Under the pieces are notes generated by a model that worked only from the letters and a program-made list of their open reading frames with translations, did not search any database and was not told where the DNA came from. Shown here one piece after another: positions 38,812 to 49,745 of a stretch of 64,000 bases of DNA (position 1 is its first letter; every line of letters begins with the position of its first letter). The DNA is from Felis catus. Lineage: Eukaryota. A program made the position numbers and the translations under genes. The stretch spans positions 197,038,001 through 197,102,000 of the forward strand of contig NC_058368.1 in the NCBI RefSeq assembly GCF_018350175.1, given 5' to 3'.

Positions 38812-39018
38812 CCAGCTGCTTGACGAAGTCCTGCATGTGCAGGCTCAGGGAGTGGAAGGAGGCGGCCCCGCTCTCATAGTGCTGCTTGTTGACTGAGATG
38901 GTGGCCAGGCGGCCGCCCACGGTCCCCTTCTCGAACACGTCGATCTGCACCCGGGGGCCGAAGTGCTGCTGGAGGAAATGGGCCACGGCAGAGCCCCCGA
39001 TCCCGGCCCCCACCACGG
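38812..39018 (-). CDS. PCYOX1L: PCYOX1L exon 2 (FAD-binding GxGxxG motif)
   Basis: AVVGAGIGGSAVAHFLQQHFGPRVQIDVFEKGTVGGRLAT...; AG/GT boundaries; 207 nt. Confidence 0.96.
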
Positions 39019-39432
39019 CTGTCAGCAGGCCCGGGAGGCAGACGAGGGGAGAGACAGAGAGCAAGGCCGTGAGGATACAGGTGCCACCCTCGCGGCCTCC
39101 TGGGTGGTGGCTCCCAGGCCCTTGCGTTTCATCGGCTTATGCCATCTCAAAAAGGAAATCCGCAGGCTAGTGTTTAGTAAAGCTATCAAAAAAGGGCAAA
39201 GGACAACCTGAAAACCGTCACCGAGTAACCCTCCTTTTGTCACGAAAGGGACACCTTGGCAGCACAAAGAGCAGGAAAGAAATCTCAAAATTCTGGAGGA
39301 TCATTTAAAGAGAATACATTTAACCTTACACAAACTCGTTATATTGTCCCCGTTTTTATTTCACTATGAATTGGTGAAAACTTGGTCACTGACAGGTACT
39401 GTTAGGTTAGAACAGTGTTTGGAAACTCAACC

Positions 39433-39617
39433 CAGGGGTCGGCAAACTACAGCCCATGGGCCAAATCCAGGCCCACGCCTGTTTTTGCAAATAAAGTTTT
39501 ATCAGAACACAGCCACACTCTCTGTAGCGGGTCTATGGCTGATTTCATGCTATGGTGGCAGGCCCAAACTGTTTATTCTCTGGCCCTTTCCTGAAGACGT
39601 CAGCCAACGACTGGTCT
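39433..39617 (+). mobile_element. MER58A-like hAT MITE
   Basis: caggggtcggcaaactacagccc..gggccaaatcc..cctgtttttgcaaataaagtttt. Confidence 0.75.
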
Positions 39618-42449
39618 AATGCAACCTACCACCTGGCACTTAAACCTCTTTTACATCTGTGTTTGCCAAGACTGGAATACACCCTGTGACGGGTTGCTCA
39701 CTACCATGCCGGGCACTCTATACCGGTCTGGAGTCTTGCTCCAAAGTTTCGGCTCTGGGGTCTTTCTGGATCTTATCATCCACTGTCTTTCCTATGCCTC
39801 CTGCCTTCCTGCTATTTCTAAACTTGGTTCATATGCCGTGAGTGTTCTCATCCAAGTCGCTGATAAAAACGTTTCACTGGCAATGTGGGCTCTGAGGTGC
39901 TCCTAGGAACCACGGTCCAGGCAGATCCTAATCTCGATGCTAATACTGAATAGCACGGTGCAAAGCCAGCAGAGCAGCTGTGAGGCTATGGAACTGGATA
40001 GCCACACCACCCACACTGTTTGCCCACCACGTATCTGAGACACAGGTTCCCTCTCATCTGACAGTTGTGGAACTCGGTCCAAAAAGAAAGTGAGACAAAT
40101 CTGGTGTGATCTGTCCTCACTAGACCCGTGTTGGACCCATGACGGACCACCAGCTCCTGTCAAGAAGGCAAAACTATAGGGTTCTTTATGATCTGGCCTC
40201 CACGGCCTTACTCCTTGCCCCACCGCCCAACACTCCACCTTCTTGTCTGCCTTGACTTGCCTGTCTCACACTTGTGCCTTTGCCTGCGCTGCTCAGGAAT
40301 GCTGTCACCTTTCACCTTGCTGCTTCTGTGGCCCCTGCCTGTAATTGTAGCTTGGCTTGCCGGGCTCACCGCAGACAAGTCAGGTGTCACTCCCACATAT
40401 CCCTGCAGCACACGTTCCTACCCCGGGGCTCGCCCTTGCACACTATCCTCCACTCTCCTCGTTTAAGGACCGGGCGCGGCTCACTATGCCCCCAGATCCT
40501 GGCAGGCGGTAAAGCTAAGGATTTGCTGCATCTTAAAAAAAACAAACCACTTCCTCCTTTCCAGTGTTGACAAAGCCATTTTCAAGAATGCCCTTAACCT
40601 TTACAAAGCGGTGTGCTCCCTTCCCCTCCATTTGCGGCGGAGTTCCAAATTACTCATTTTTCAGAGGAACTACTCTCACGAGGCCTGGAAGCCGCCCACA
40701 GGGCTATAGGGAAGCGGAAGAGCTCACCCCATCGAGAACCAGCTCATCCGACCCCCACAACCTGACGCCCACTCTCTAGTCCATGATAAGATGTGCTGGG
40801 GCGCAAGCGAATCAAGCAAGGCTTTTGTCCTCCTGAGCTCATGCAGGGAGTGGGCAGACAGACTCATGGACAATGAGCTAGGACAACGTGTGACCAAGTG
40901 AAGCAACAGGGTTCCAGGGAATCCTGAAGAGGAAGCAGTGAATTCTGCCTGAGGATATGCAGACCAGGCTCCACAGGGGAAATAATGTTTGGACAGTCGG
41001 CTTTGCCAGGCAGCAGAAACACCCTCCACAGTGACATGGGCATGTGGAACTGGGAGGGGGGGTCGGGGGTGAGGCGTTTAAAGGGTCCAAAGCCACACTG
41101 AGGTATTCAGATTTGACCCCCCAGCAGTCCAAGGGTGAAGCCCTCCTCACAGGAAGTTTCCTCATTCTCGTGTGTAGAGTCCAAACCACCAAGGGCGAAG
41201 TCAAGCTTTTGTCAGACAGCTAAGGACAGTCAAAAAAGCTACGGGGCGTCTTGGCACGGCCCAGCGTCCTGCCCTGGGTGACCCCTGGGGCCAGGTGGGC
41301 AGGGCCAGCTGGAAAGACTCCCGAACTCTGCTGCCCACTTTTGAGAGATGGGGGAGGGCCCCGCACCTCCAGACACGGCCTGCCTGACTTCCCCATCTTT
41401 CGAAGCCTGGCTCAAAATCCACCTTCTCTAACCCCTCTAGCTCTCAGGATTTCTCTCTCCCCGGAAAGCCCTAAACTCTCAGTCCTGGCAGGCTTGTCTG
41501 TCTTACCTCTTCATGGCCTGAGCTGTGGTTTTGTAATCCAAAGGAGCCTTAGCCCTGTCCTAGCCCAGTAAGTCTGTGGTGCTCCCGCGGGAAATGCTTC
41601 CCTGCCAACAAGGGTACAGAGAGGGCAGCTTCGTGGAGTAGGGCTCTGTACCCGCCCCCCCCCCCCAGAAGCCTAGCATCTCTGCCCGTGGGAATTTTAT
41701 ATGTGAGGGAGCTTGAACATCTTTGGGAGTCATGTAGAGTTAAAGTGACAACTGTGATGAGAAATAAACGGCAAACAAATAGGGAACTCGAGCCAGTGAT
41801 ATGCACGATGGAGTATTTAGCATGGTGCCCCGATGTCCGCGATTTATTTTGAAATGCATCAAGTTAACGGGTGGGTGATAATTAGGTAATAATGCAAGTA
41901 CAGTAGCAGTTTGCTACTGGCAGAATCTTGGTGGCGAGTACACAGATGATCACTGTATATCCAGTTCTTTCAACTTTGCCCATGTTCGAAATTTTTCAAA
42001 ATGAAACATTGTAATAAAAACCAAGATGACTGCTGTTAAAAGTTCTTCCCTGTCGTCCAACAAATCTATCTCCACTAGACCTACCACGGGCTCGGTCTCC
42101 TATTCTCCCTGAGGTTTTGGCTTAGATGTTACTCCTAGGAAGCCTCCAGAGGCCTCCCAGAGGCCTGAAGGGGTGGGTGGAAATGCTCTCCCTATCAGGG
42201 TACCTTCTCGGCCTTACCACCGACTTCCCCGTATTGCGCCGTCTCTCCTCCAGACAGGAGCTACGGAGCACTGTGCCTGCTACACTGACGGCCCTCAATA
42301 AGCCTTCATTCATGAATGACATCACCCAGACCCAGTCCTCTCTGTCATCCATCGGGGCATCTGGCAAAGAGCCAGGTCCACCGTAGATGCTTAATGTCCG
42401 TGGACCTTCTGGTGAGATCTGTGGCCAGTCCTGCCCCGAGCCTCTTTTC

Positions 42450-43150
42450 CAGCCTCAGGCAGGCGTCGCCACATGCCCACGCCACCCGGGATCAGCACCT
42501 TGCCCACTGCCGGTCCCGGTCCCCTTCCTCGCCCACTCTCAGTCCCTCGCCTCTTCCCCAGCCAGCTCCTCTCCGGAAGACCCCTCCCTCGCCCAGTTTC
42601 CCTCCCCTTCCCCCACCCGGCAGCTCCCTGCCGCGATCCCTTTTCCCTCGCAGCCCTCCCCCGCGCAGCCCCCCACCCTGTCCTTCCCGCACCGATTTTG
42701 CTGGGCCGGGCATCTCCGCCTGTGGCGGCGGCGGCCAGGAGCGCGGCTAGCGCGGCGAGGAGCCGGGCAGCGCGGGCCATGGCGGGCGGCGATCCGGGCT
42801 GCACGCCGGGGTTCGGTCGCTCGCGGGTTGGCGCTGGGCTCGCCGCCCCGCCCCGGCGCCCCACTGGCTGTTCCGCCTTCAGCCCGCCGGTCACAGCCTC
42901 TCATTGGGCGAGCGTTCGTCTTTCTCCAGCAAGAGGCCCTCATTAGCTGCATCCCTCTCGGGCAGGCTCTGTCATTAGCAGCTTCCCCGTCCCGCCTCCT
43001 CGATGCGGCTTCTTCATTGGCTGGCTCGTCCTGCCCACGCGCAGGTGTGCGCGCTTCGACCGTACAGCATCAGGACCAGGGCCCCACTGCGGGGGACCCT
43101 GACGGGAGGGACACCCGAAGCTCTGACCGCCTCGGTTCAAGCCCAGCCGC
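42450..43150. promoter_or_regulatory. PCYOX1L CpG-island promoter
   Basis: CpG/GC-dense stretch spanning exon 1; GC box GCCCCGCCCC near 42844; minus-strand CCAAT boxes near 42903 and 43016. Confidence 0.8.
42693..42780 (-). CDS. PCYOX1L: PCYOX1L exon 1 coding part (signal peptide)
   Basis: gccATGG Kozak context, MARAARLLAALAALLAAAATGGDARPSKI, donor G|GTGCGG; 88 nt inside a CpG island. Confidence 0.93.
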
Positions 43151-43436
43151 TGCGAGTTACTAGCTCTCTAACGTGCCTTCTCTGTGTCTCATTCGGTTTC
43201 CCCTGCTCTGCCTTTCTAAGTGGTTGTGACAATCACGTGAGATAAGGGACGTGATACCGCTCGGCAGTGTCTGCAAGTGCAGCAAATTGCTGACCAGGCG
43301 TGCAGCCATGGTGGCCAGGCGCTACCCGCTGCATGCGTGGAAACGAGCCAGATGCTTTCGGGACTGCTGTCACCGACGTGTATTTGCAGTTTCTACATAC
43401 AGTTTGTATCTCTGCCTTCTACTTAAACAAAGGCGT

Positions 43437-43670
43437 GGGGGCGCCTGGGTGGCTCGTTCGGTTGAGCGACCGACTTCAGCTCAAGTCATGATCTCCCGGC
43501 TCCTGAGTTCAAGACCCCTGTTGGGCCCAGTGCAGACAGCTCAGAGCCTGGAATCTGCTTTGGATTCTGTGACCCCCCCCCCCCCCGACCCCTCCCCTGA
43601 TAATGCTCTGTCTCTGTCTCTGTCTCTCAAAAAAGAAATATTTAAACAAACAAAAAAAAAAAAAAAAAAA
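43437..43670 (+). mobile_element. Can-SINE
   Basis: SINE head and A tail. Confidence 0.9.
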
Positions 43671-44397
43671 GGGAAAGATTTCATCCAGTCTCTTCTCAGG
43701 GTGAGGAAAGGTAGTAAGGAAGGATAAGCTCCCATTTTCACCCTCTAAGAAAACAAGAGCAGCGCAGCGTGGTTAGTACTTTTCACCGTGAAGGGCAGAT
43801 TCCTCTAGCAGAAAATAAAGTTGGGAATGAGTTTCATGATAAATAAGGAAAACCCATATTTATCCAGTCAGATTATGGCTAAAAGAAGAAACTGAAAGGA
43901 TTCAGAGAATAGTAAAAGAGCATATGGCTGGGATTCTAAGTCGGCTTTGTGAGTCTCAACGAGGCCAAACTGGATTACTAGTCAAGTGGTAGATGAACAA
44001 GCATCCGTTTCTTATAATCTTAAAAAAAAAAATCTTTTTGGCAATGCTATTTCAGAAAGGAAAACTTTTTTTTAAGTTTACTGATTTCTGAGAGAGAGAG
44101 CGAGCGTGATCGAGGGAGGTGCAGAGGGAGACAGAGAATCCCAAGCAGCGATGCAGTGCTTGAATTCACGGAACCGTGAGATCATGACCTGAGCTGAAAC
44201 CAAGTTGGATGCTTAACTTACTGAGCCCCCCAGGTGCCCCCCAGGTACCCCCCCTGCCCAATGCCAAACTTTTTAAGTTCATTCCCAGTGACTCAAGATA
44301 TTCCCTTAAATTTTTTGTTAGACAGCATTCATCAATCACTTTGTGACAAAGTTCTCTTATGTGCTGACTTAATCTGATTCTTGTAGTTTTTGATAGG

Positions 44398-44901
44398 TGT
44401 GAGAAGTGAGATGATTCATTTTCAGAAATACCAAATAAAAGCTGTGCTGTCTAGTTAAAGATAGGTTTACAACCTATCGTATATATGCATGACCCCCCCT
44501 CCCCCCCAACCAACAAACCCTCAGACACTTCACTTCCTGGTTCTTCTTCCCCTCTTTTTTGTGGGCTTATTTTCACAGGCTTTGCCATGAGCATGTGCAG
44601 AAGAACTGAAATCTTTTCATCACCTCAAAGAATGTTCATTTGTTCCAATCAGACTACTTGTTGCCTTACATGGGCATAAGCCACTTCCGGTAAGGCTGTA
44701 ACAACCTCTGTAGTGCTCAGCCAATGAGGAATCAGGGGAGGGACTTGCATGCTAGGAGCTAAATTGCCTGCTGTAACTGCTCCGAGTGTGCCTCTTCCTC
44801 ACATACCCGCTCATGCAGGAACGTTCATTAAAGCCTCGCTTCACTGTGCTCCGAGGCTCCGTGTCCCCGCTTTGATTGGGGCAGCGGGCTTATTTCTCAC
44901 A
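44398..44901 (+). mobile_element. ERV solo LTR (504 bp)
   Basis: Inverted termini TGTGAGAA...TTCTCACA; 5-bp flanks ATAGG/GTAGG; internal CCAAT (44721) and ATTAAA (44827). Confidence 0.75.
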
Positions 44902-44934
44902 GTAGGGTAAATTTTATTAACTTTAAATTTCAAC

Positions 44935-45340
44935 TTTTTTTTTTTTCCGAAAAAAGTTCTCACATATTTATTACTGAACCAATCTATTGGTGCAGAAGCA
45001 TAGGAACAGAGAAAAATCATTTTCCAAATAAAACATGTCTATTGTTCAGGTAGTAGAGAAGTTTACAGTGATAGGATATGAGCAAATGACGTTCATGCAG
45101 CATAAATATGTATGCCATCTCACGGGGGATTTTTTTAGAGACCCAGTGTGGTTCTTTAATGTCTCCTCTTGGAGTTGTGTATTTTATTACCAGTTTTCAT
45201 CCAAATCCACTAGAGAATGGGACGATTCTGCTGTTGTTCCTTGGCCAGGAATCTCTTGATACTGAAAGTCTCGTGAGAAGACATGGTGAGAACAGTCAAT
45301 CGCACACACACTGCGACGGTGGACAAAAGGAGAGAGGAGC
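44935..45340 (-). pseudogene. RPL39: Processed ribosomal protein L39 pseudogene
   Basis: Pyrimidine-rich TOP-like 5' end; ATG at 45284 reading [34 protein letters not shown] with a premature stop and deletions; AATAAA at 44967-44972; polyA remnant at 44935-44946; TSD-like taaa(t/a)ttcaac on both sides. Confidence 0.92.
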
Positions 45341-45355
45341 TAAAATTCAACACTT

Positions 45356-45565
45356 AAAAAAATTTTTTTTTTTCTTAATGTTTACTTGTTTTTGAGAGAC
45401 AGAGTAGGAGTGGAGGAGGGGTAGAGAGCCAGAGACACAGAATCCGAAGCAGGCTCCAGGCTCCCAGCTGTCAGCACAGAGCCTGACATGGGGCTGGAAC
45501 CCACAAGCCATGAGAACATGACCTGAGCTTAAGTGGGATCCCTAACTGAGCCACCCAGGTACCGC
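45356..45565 (-). mobile_element. Can-SINE adjoining the RPL39 retrocopy
   Basis: TSD aaaattcaac. Confidence 0.88.
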
Positions 45566-45802
45566 GAAAATTCAACTTCTTGACTCTACTTTGCTTTTAA
45601 TTTTAAGGTCTTTGTGAACCCTAGAAACTTTAGCTGTGTTTTCTCCTATTAGGAAGTTCTTTCCATCCTACAACAAACCCATTGATAATGGGTGAGCACA
45701 CCGAAGCTGTGGGACAAGTTCAAAAGAGCTGTAAAAGCAAGGAGGGAGAATTCTGGTGGCCGAGGTGCAAAACTAGTGAGGCTGGAAGTGAAGCTGGGAG
45801 AC

Positions 45803-46080
45803 TCTATCAATTACCTATTACTGCATAACAAACTGCCCCAAAACTTAGTGGCTAAAAGTAACAATCACTTACTTTGGCCATAAATCTGCATTTTGGGCAG
45901 GACTCCGATCAGCTCATCTGTGTTCCATGTGGTATCAGACGGAGCTGCTCCACTAGGGGCTGGAGGATCCACTTTCAAAATGGCTCCCCAAGAGGCCTGG
46001 CAAGACGGTGTTGGCTATCAGCTGAAAGCTCAGCTAGGGCCCGTTCCACTTCACAAGCCCTTCAGTTTGCTCTTAAGTTG
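45803..46080 (-). mobile_element. MaLR LTR fragment (MLT1G/H-like)
   Basis: ctattactgcataacaaact..ccaaaacttagtggct...ggctggaggatccactttcaa. Confidence 0.6.
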
Positions 46081-46575
46081 ATGGCTGAGCTCTAAGAGTG
46101 AAGGGCCACTCAGTCAGGCCAGGTATGTGGAAACCAGTTGAGCAGATGTATGGACAAAGCCAGGTAGACCTTGGCAAGAACTCGTGGAAGCTGAAAGTCA
46201 GAATGAGGCCACATGTTAGTAATCTGGTTGGGAGGATCAGAAGCAGATAATACAATTAGAACCAAGAAACACGCATAAGAAAATAAGGCAATGACAGAGA
46301 GGAAGGCAGAAGCAGGAGTCCAGATCTAAGAAATACGGAGAAATCAGAATGAAGCAAGGCAAGGAGGCAGGAAAACAGGTAAGACTTCAACCCCAAGGCA
46401 GGGTGTGTGATGCCTGCATCTCACTGCATGCACATAGCTGGGCCGCTGTGAGATCTCAAGGAACCTCAACGGTGCATCACCAAGATGGGTCTACAATCAA
46501 TGCGGTGGCCATAATGTCAACATTTAGGCAGACAAACACACTAAACACATGATCTGCGGTTACATCAACTCAGGT

Positions 46576-46581
46576 TTTATT
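46576..46581 (-). terminator. Probable distal GRPEL2 polyA signal (3' UTR about 2.8 kb)
   Basis: Minus-strand AATAAA at the end of an AT-rich, repeat-poor stretch; an alternative signal lies at 47801-47806. Confidence 0.55.
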
Positions 46582-47718
46582 GAAGTTGCTTCTGAATATC
46601 CCTATTTAATTTGCTTTAGTGTTCAAGACCCTTTCTTCACTTATCAAATCCTTTGCCATGAAAGAGCACCAATTAATTTATCAGTATCAAACTGATACCC
46701 TTATGGCCGTGAAGAAAATCTGTAAAAGATTTGTAGACTGTTAGACTGTACGTACTAAAACACCAAGATCCCCTCTTCAAGTGAGCCAAAGCTTCCTTAC
46801 ACAACTGCAGGCCTACAATGTCTTTTCGCTTTCCCGTCAAGATGAAAATAATAAGAGCACTGACACAATTTTCTTGCTCCTTCAGTCTGAAAGTGTGGAT
46901 TTATGTTTAAAAAAAACAACAACAGAAAAAAATGAAGGTGGCAGGAAAACAAGTCACTGTGATTGATTAAACTACAATTTTTTATAGAAAAGCATCACTT
47001 AACCAGCCTTCCCTTTTCCTTAGACTTCAGGGCAGCTATAAAAGCAGAGGCAAAACCACATATATAATAAAAAGTAATAAAAATAAATATTTGAGGGCCT
47101 ACTGTAGTAGACAGTTTACACATTTCATCCAATCCTCACAGTACTGCGAGAGAATTGTAATCATTGTACAAACGAGGAAGCAGGCTCTGGAGGGTGAGAT
47201 GACTGGGGCCCAAGGTGACACAGACTGGGCTGGGATTTACATTCAAGTCAATGCCTACAGAGCCCCTGCTCTCTTATGCTGCTCTGGCTCCCAAAAGCCC
47301 AACTTTTTGAGATTCTTACTGTTATAGCCCCATCTTCTAAATTTACACTTTTAAGTCTGCATAACTACTGAATAACAAAAAAATCTAAAATTCTCCCAAT
47401 CTCCTTGCTAAAACGGGAGGTTGCAAGGAATACTAGAAAACTCTTGAAGTACTTGGAACATGCCATACCTAAAATTATGGTGGTTCTAAATCACTGATAA
47501 ATGACAGCTCGTAACTCACGGAAGCCTAGGTAATTGTCATCGGCTCCTTTTCTTGTCACCGTCGGTCAGTCTCAAAGGAATGAAGGCAAAAAAATCCAGT
47601 TCTTATTGTGAACTCTGATGCTCATTAAGTTTATAGTACGTACTTAGTGGAAAGCAGAAAGCGGTTCTGGTTTTAAAAATCTTACACCAGTCTTTTGTTT
47701 GCTTCTTAAAAGCATGTA

Positions 47719-47757
<39 letters not shown>

Positions 47758-49380
47758 TGTCTAATTCTGGTGGAGATGGCAGGGCCCATTGGGGGATGGT
47801 TTTATTGATATGTGCGGAGTGTGCTAGAACCATCTATGATGTCTAAGAGGATAACTTTTACCACTCCACGGAATGGGGTCATAAAGTTCTAGAAATGGAT
47901 TTACTTTATGGGTAACTGACGTAAAAACCTGAACCCATGCAATCTGGACCTCCAACGACATTTGTTTGCTGGGGACACACTTGCACGTTCATTACAGAAC
48001 TGTGGAAGCTTAAATGATTAAAGTTAGTATCTAGTTATTCCTTATTCAAGTTCTCACAGAAATTCAGTTTACTGGTTTTAGACATTTTTGAGTCCAGTTC
48101 TTAAAAGATGTCTTCATTCTTAAGAAGCTGAAAGGGTGAGATGAGATCATCATTAAGGCCTCTTCGAACATTACAAATCCATAACTGACCTCCTTTCTAA
48201 AGTCTGATTCATAGGTCATTCATTCACTTATTTACTGACCAAATCTGTTACAGAGCACCAGGTATAAGTAAGACTAGAAAAAACAAACAAACAAACAAAA
48301 CCACACAGTCTCACTAACTCCAGCTAGATATTAATACATGTGACATAAGACAAACAAAAACTAGAAAACAAAGTTTATCAGTGTGAGAGAGGTAGTGATT
48401 TGTGAGTACCAAAAAAAAAAAAAAAAAAAAAAAATCAGCATAACTAAACGAAATGAGAAATTGTAGGAACCTATTTTTGTCCTGACCACCTCCCTGCATA
48501 ATCTAATAAAGGACGATAAAGCAAATTTGAAGAAGTGGAAGATTTAAGGGCTAGTGGAGAGAAAAGCTGTAGGTAAATTACTTATACAGACCAACTTGGA
48601 TCATTGGCTATGGGTGCTGCTTCAGTTACCCTGAAATGATTATATACCCAGGGAGGCTGAAAATCTGAAGGAAACTCAGCAAAGACAGCACAACGTTTCT
48701 TGGTCATACTTGCTTGAAAGGGACCTCGTACCTTGAATTTCTTGATACTCCTTGCCTTCCAAGTCTTGCCTTGGCCTTAATTAGCCCTTGTAAACGGGAA
48801 CTGGAAAGGGACAATGAGTGTGAATATGGCCCACCTGGTGGGGACTACAGGGACAAAAGGTGGCTAAAGGAAAAATAACAAGGGGAAGTCCTAAAAAAAA
48901 AAAAAAAATCTATGTGTATAAAAATCAACCCAAACGATCTAAACGATCTAAGTACCCAGACGTTGAATCAATCCCTACCATCTCCTTTTCCCACGAAATA
49001 ACAGATCCTATATCATTCCTGTTACAGAGACCATTAAACATTTAGCTGAAAATACATAAACATATCCTCGTTTCCATCCTTTAAAAAGATTTTCAATTGA
49101 TAGTCATCAGAGTACCAATTTTAAAATAATTTTCTTAAACAGATTTGGACAAAGGCCACAGGATCACTTGTCACATTGTTCAAATGCCCAATGGCAAGAC
49201 TTCTGATGAGACCACATAGGTCACATTAAATCCGTAGAGTATTTTAGAAATAAAGCCAATATGACTAAATCCAAAACAGATCACATGAAGTACCTCATGT
49301 ACAATACAAACCTAGTTTAATAAATAAAGGAAACACAGGTGACTGTACTCTGGGAGAACATCCAGTTCCTCACGGTCCTT

Positions 49381-49745
49381 TCATAGTCTTCTCTGAGACT
49401 CCACGGCCACTTCCACCTGGGCAAGTCTAATGGTGCGGCCATGAAGCTTGTAGCCATCTTGCCTTACTAATGCCACGGTGCCGGGCTGTACCCCAACGCC
49501 AGCGGGCACGTGACAGATGAGTTCATGCTCATGAGGGTCGTATTTGTCACCGATGGGTGTCATCTTCTCTAGGCCATGTTTGGCAAACACACTTTTCAGC
49601 TTTGCTTCTAAAAGTGATAACCCTCGGAAGATCTTCTCCAGAGTGAGCTTCTGGTCCCCGGGCTCTGTTTCTTCAGAAATGTACTCTGTAGTCTTCTCCA
49701 AAATGTCTGCCACCTCTACCAAGTCCTTACAGAAACTCTGAATTC
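49381..49745 (-). CDS. GRPEL2: GRPEL2 exon 4 coding part (GrpE nucleotide exchange factor)
   Basis: GIQSFCKDLVEVADILE...YDPHEHE...GYKLHGRTIRLAQVEVAVESQRRL-TGA. Exons total 678 nt, 225 aa. Confidence 0.97.

Noticed and set aside
42316..43163. Long plus-strand ORFs (up to 258 aa) over the PCYOX1L promoter
   Set aside because: Stop-poor CpG island giving low-complexity translations with no recognisable domain.
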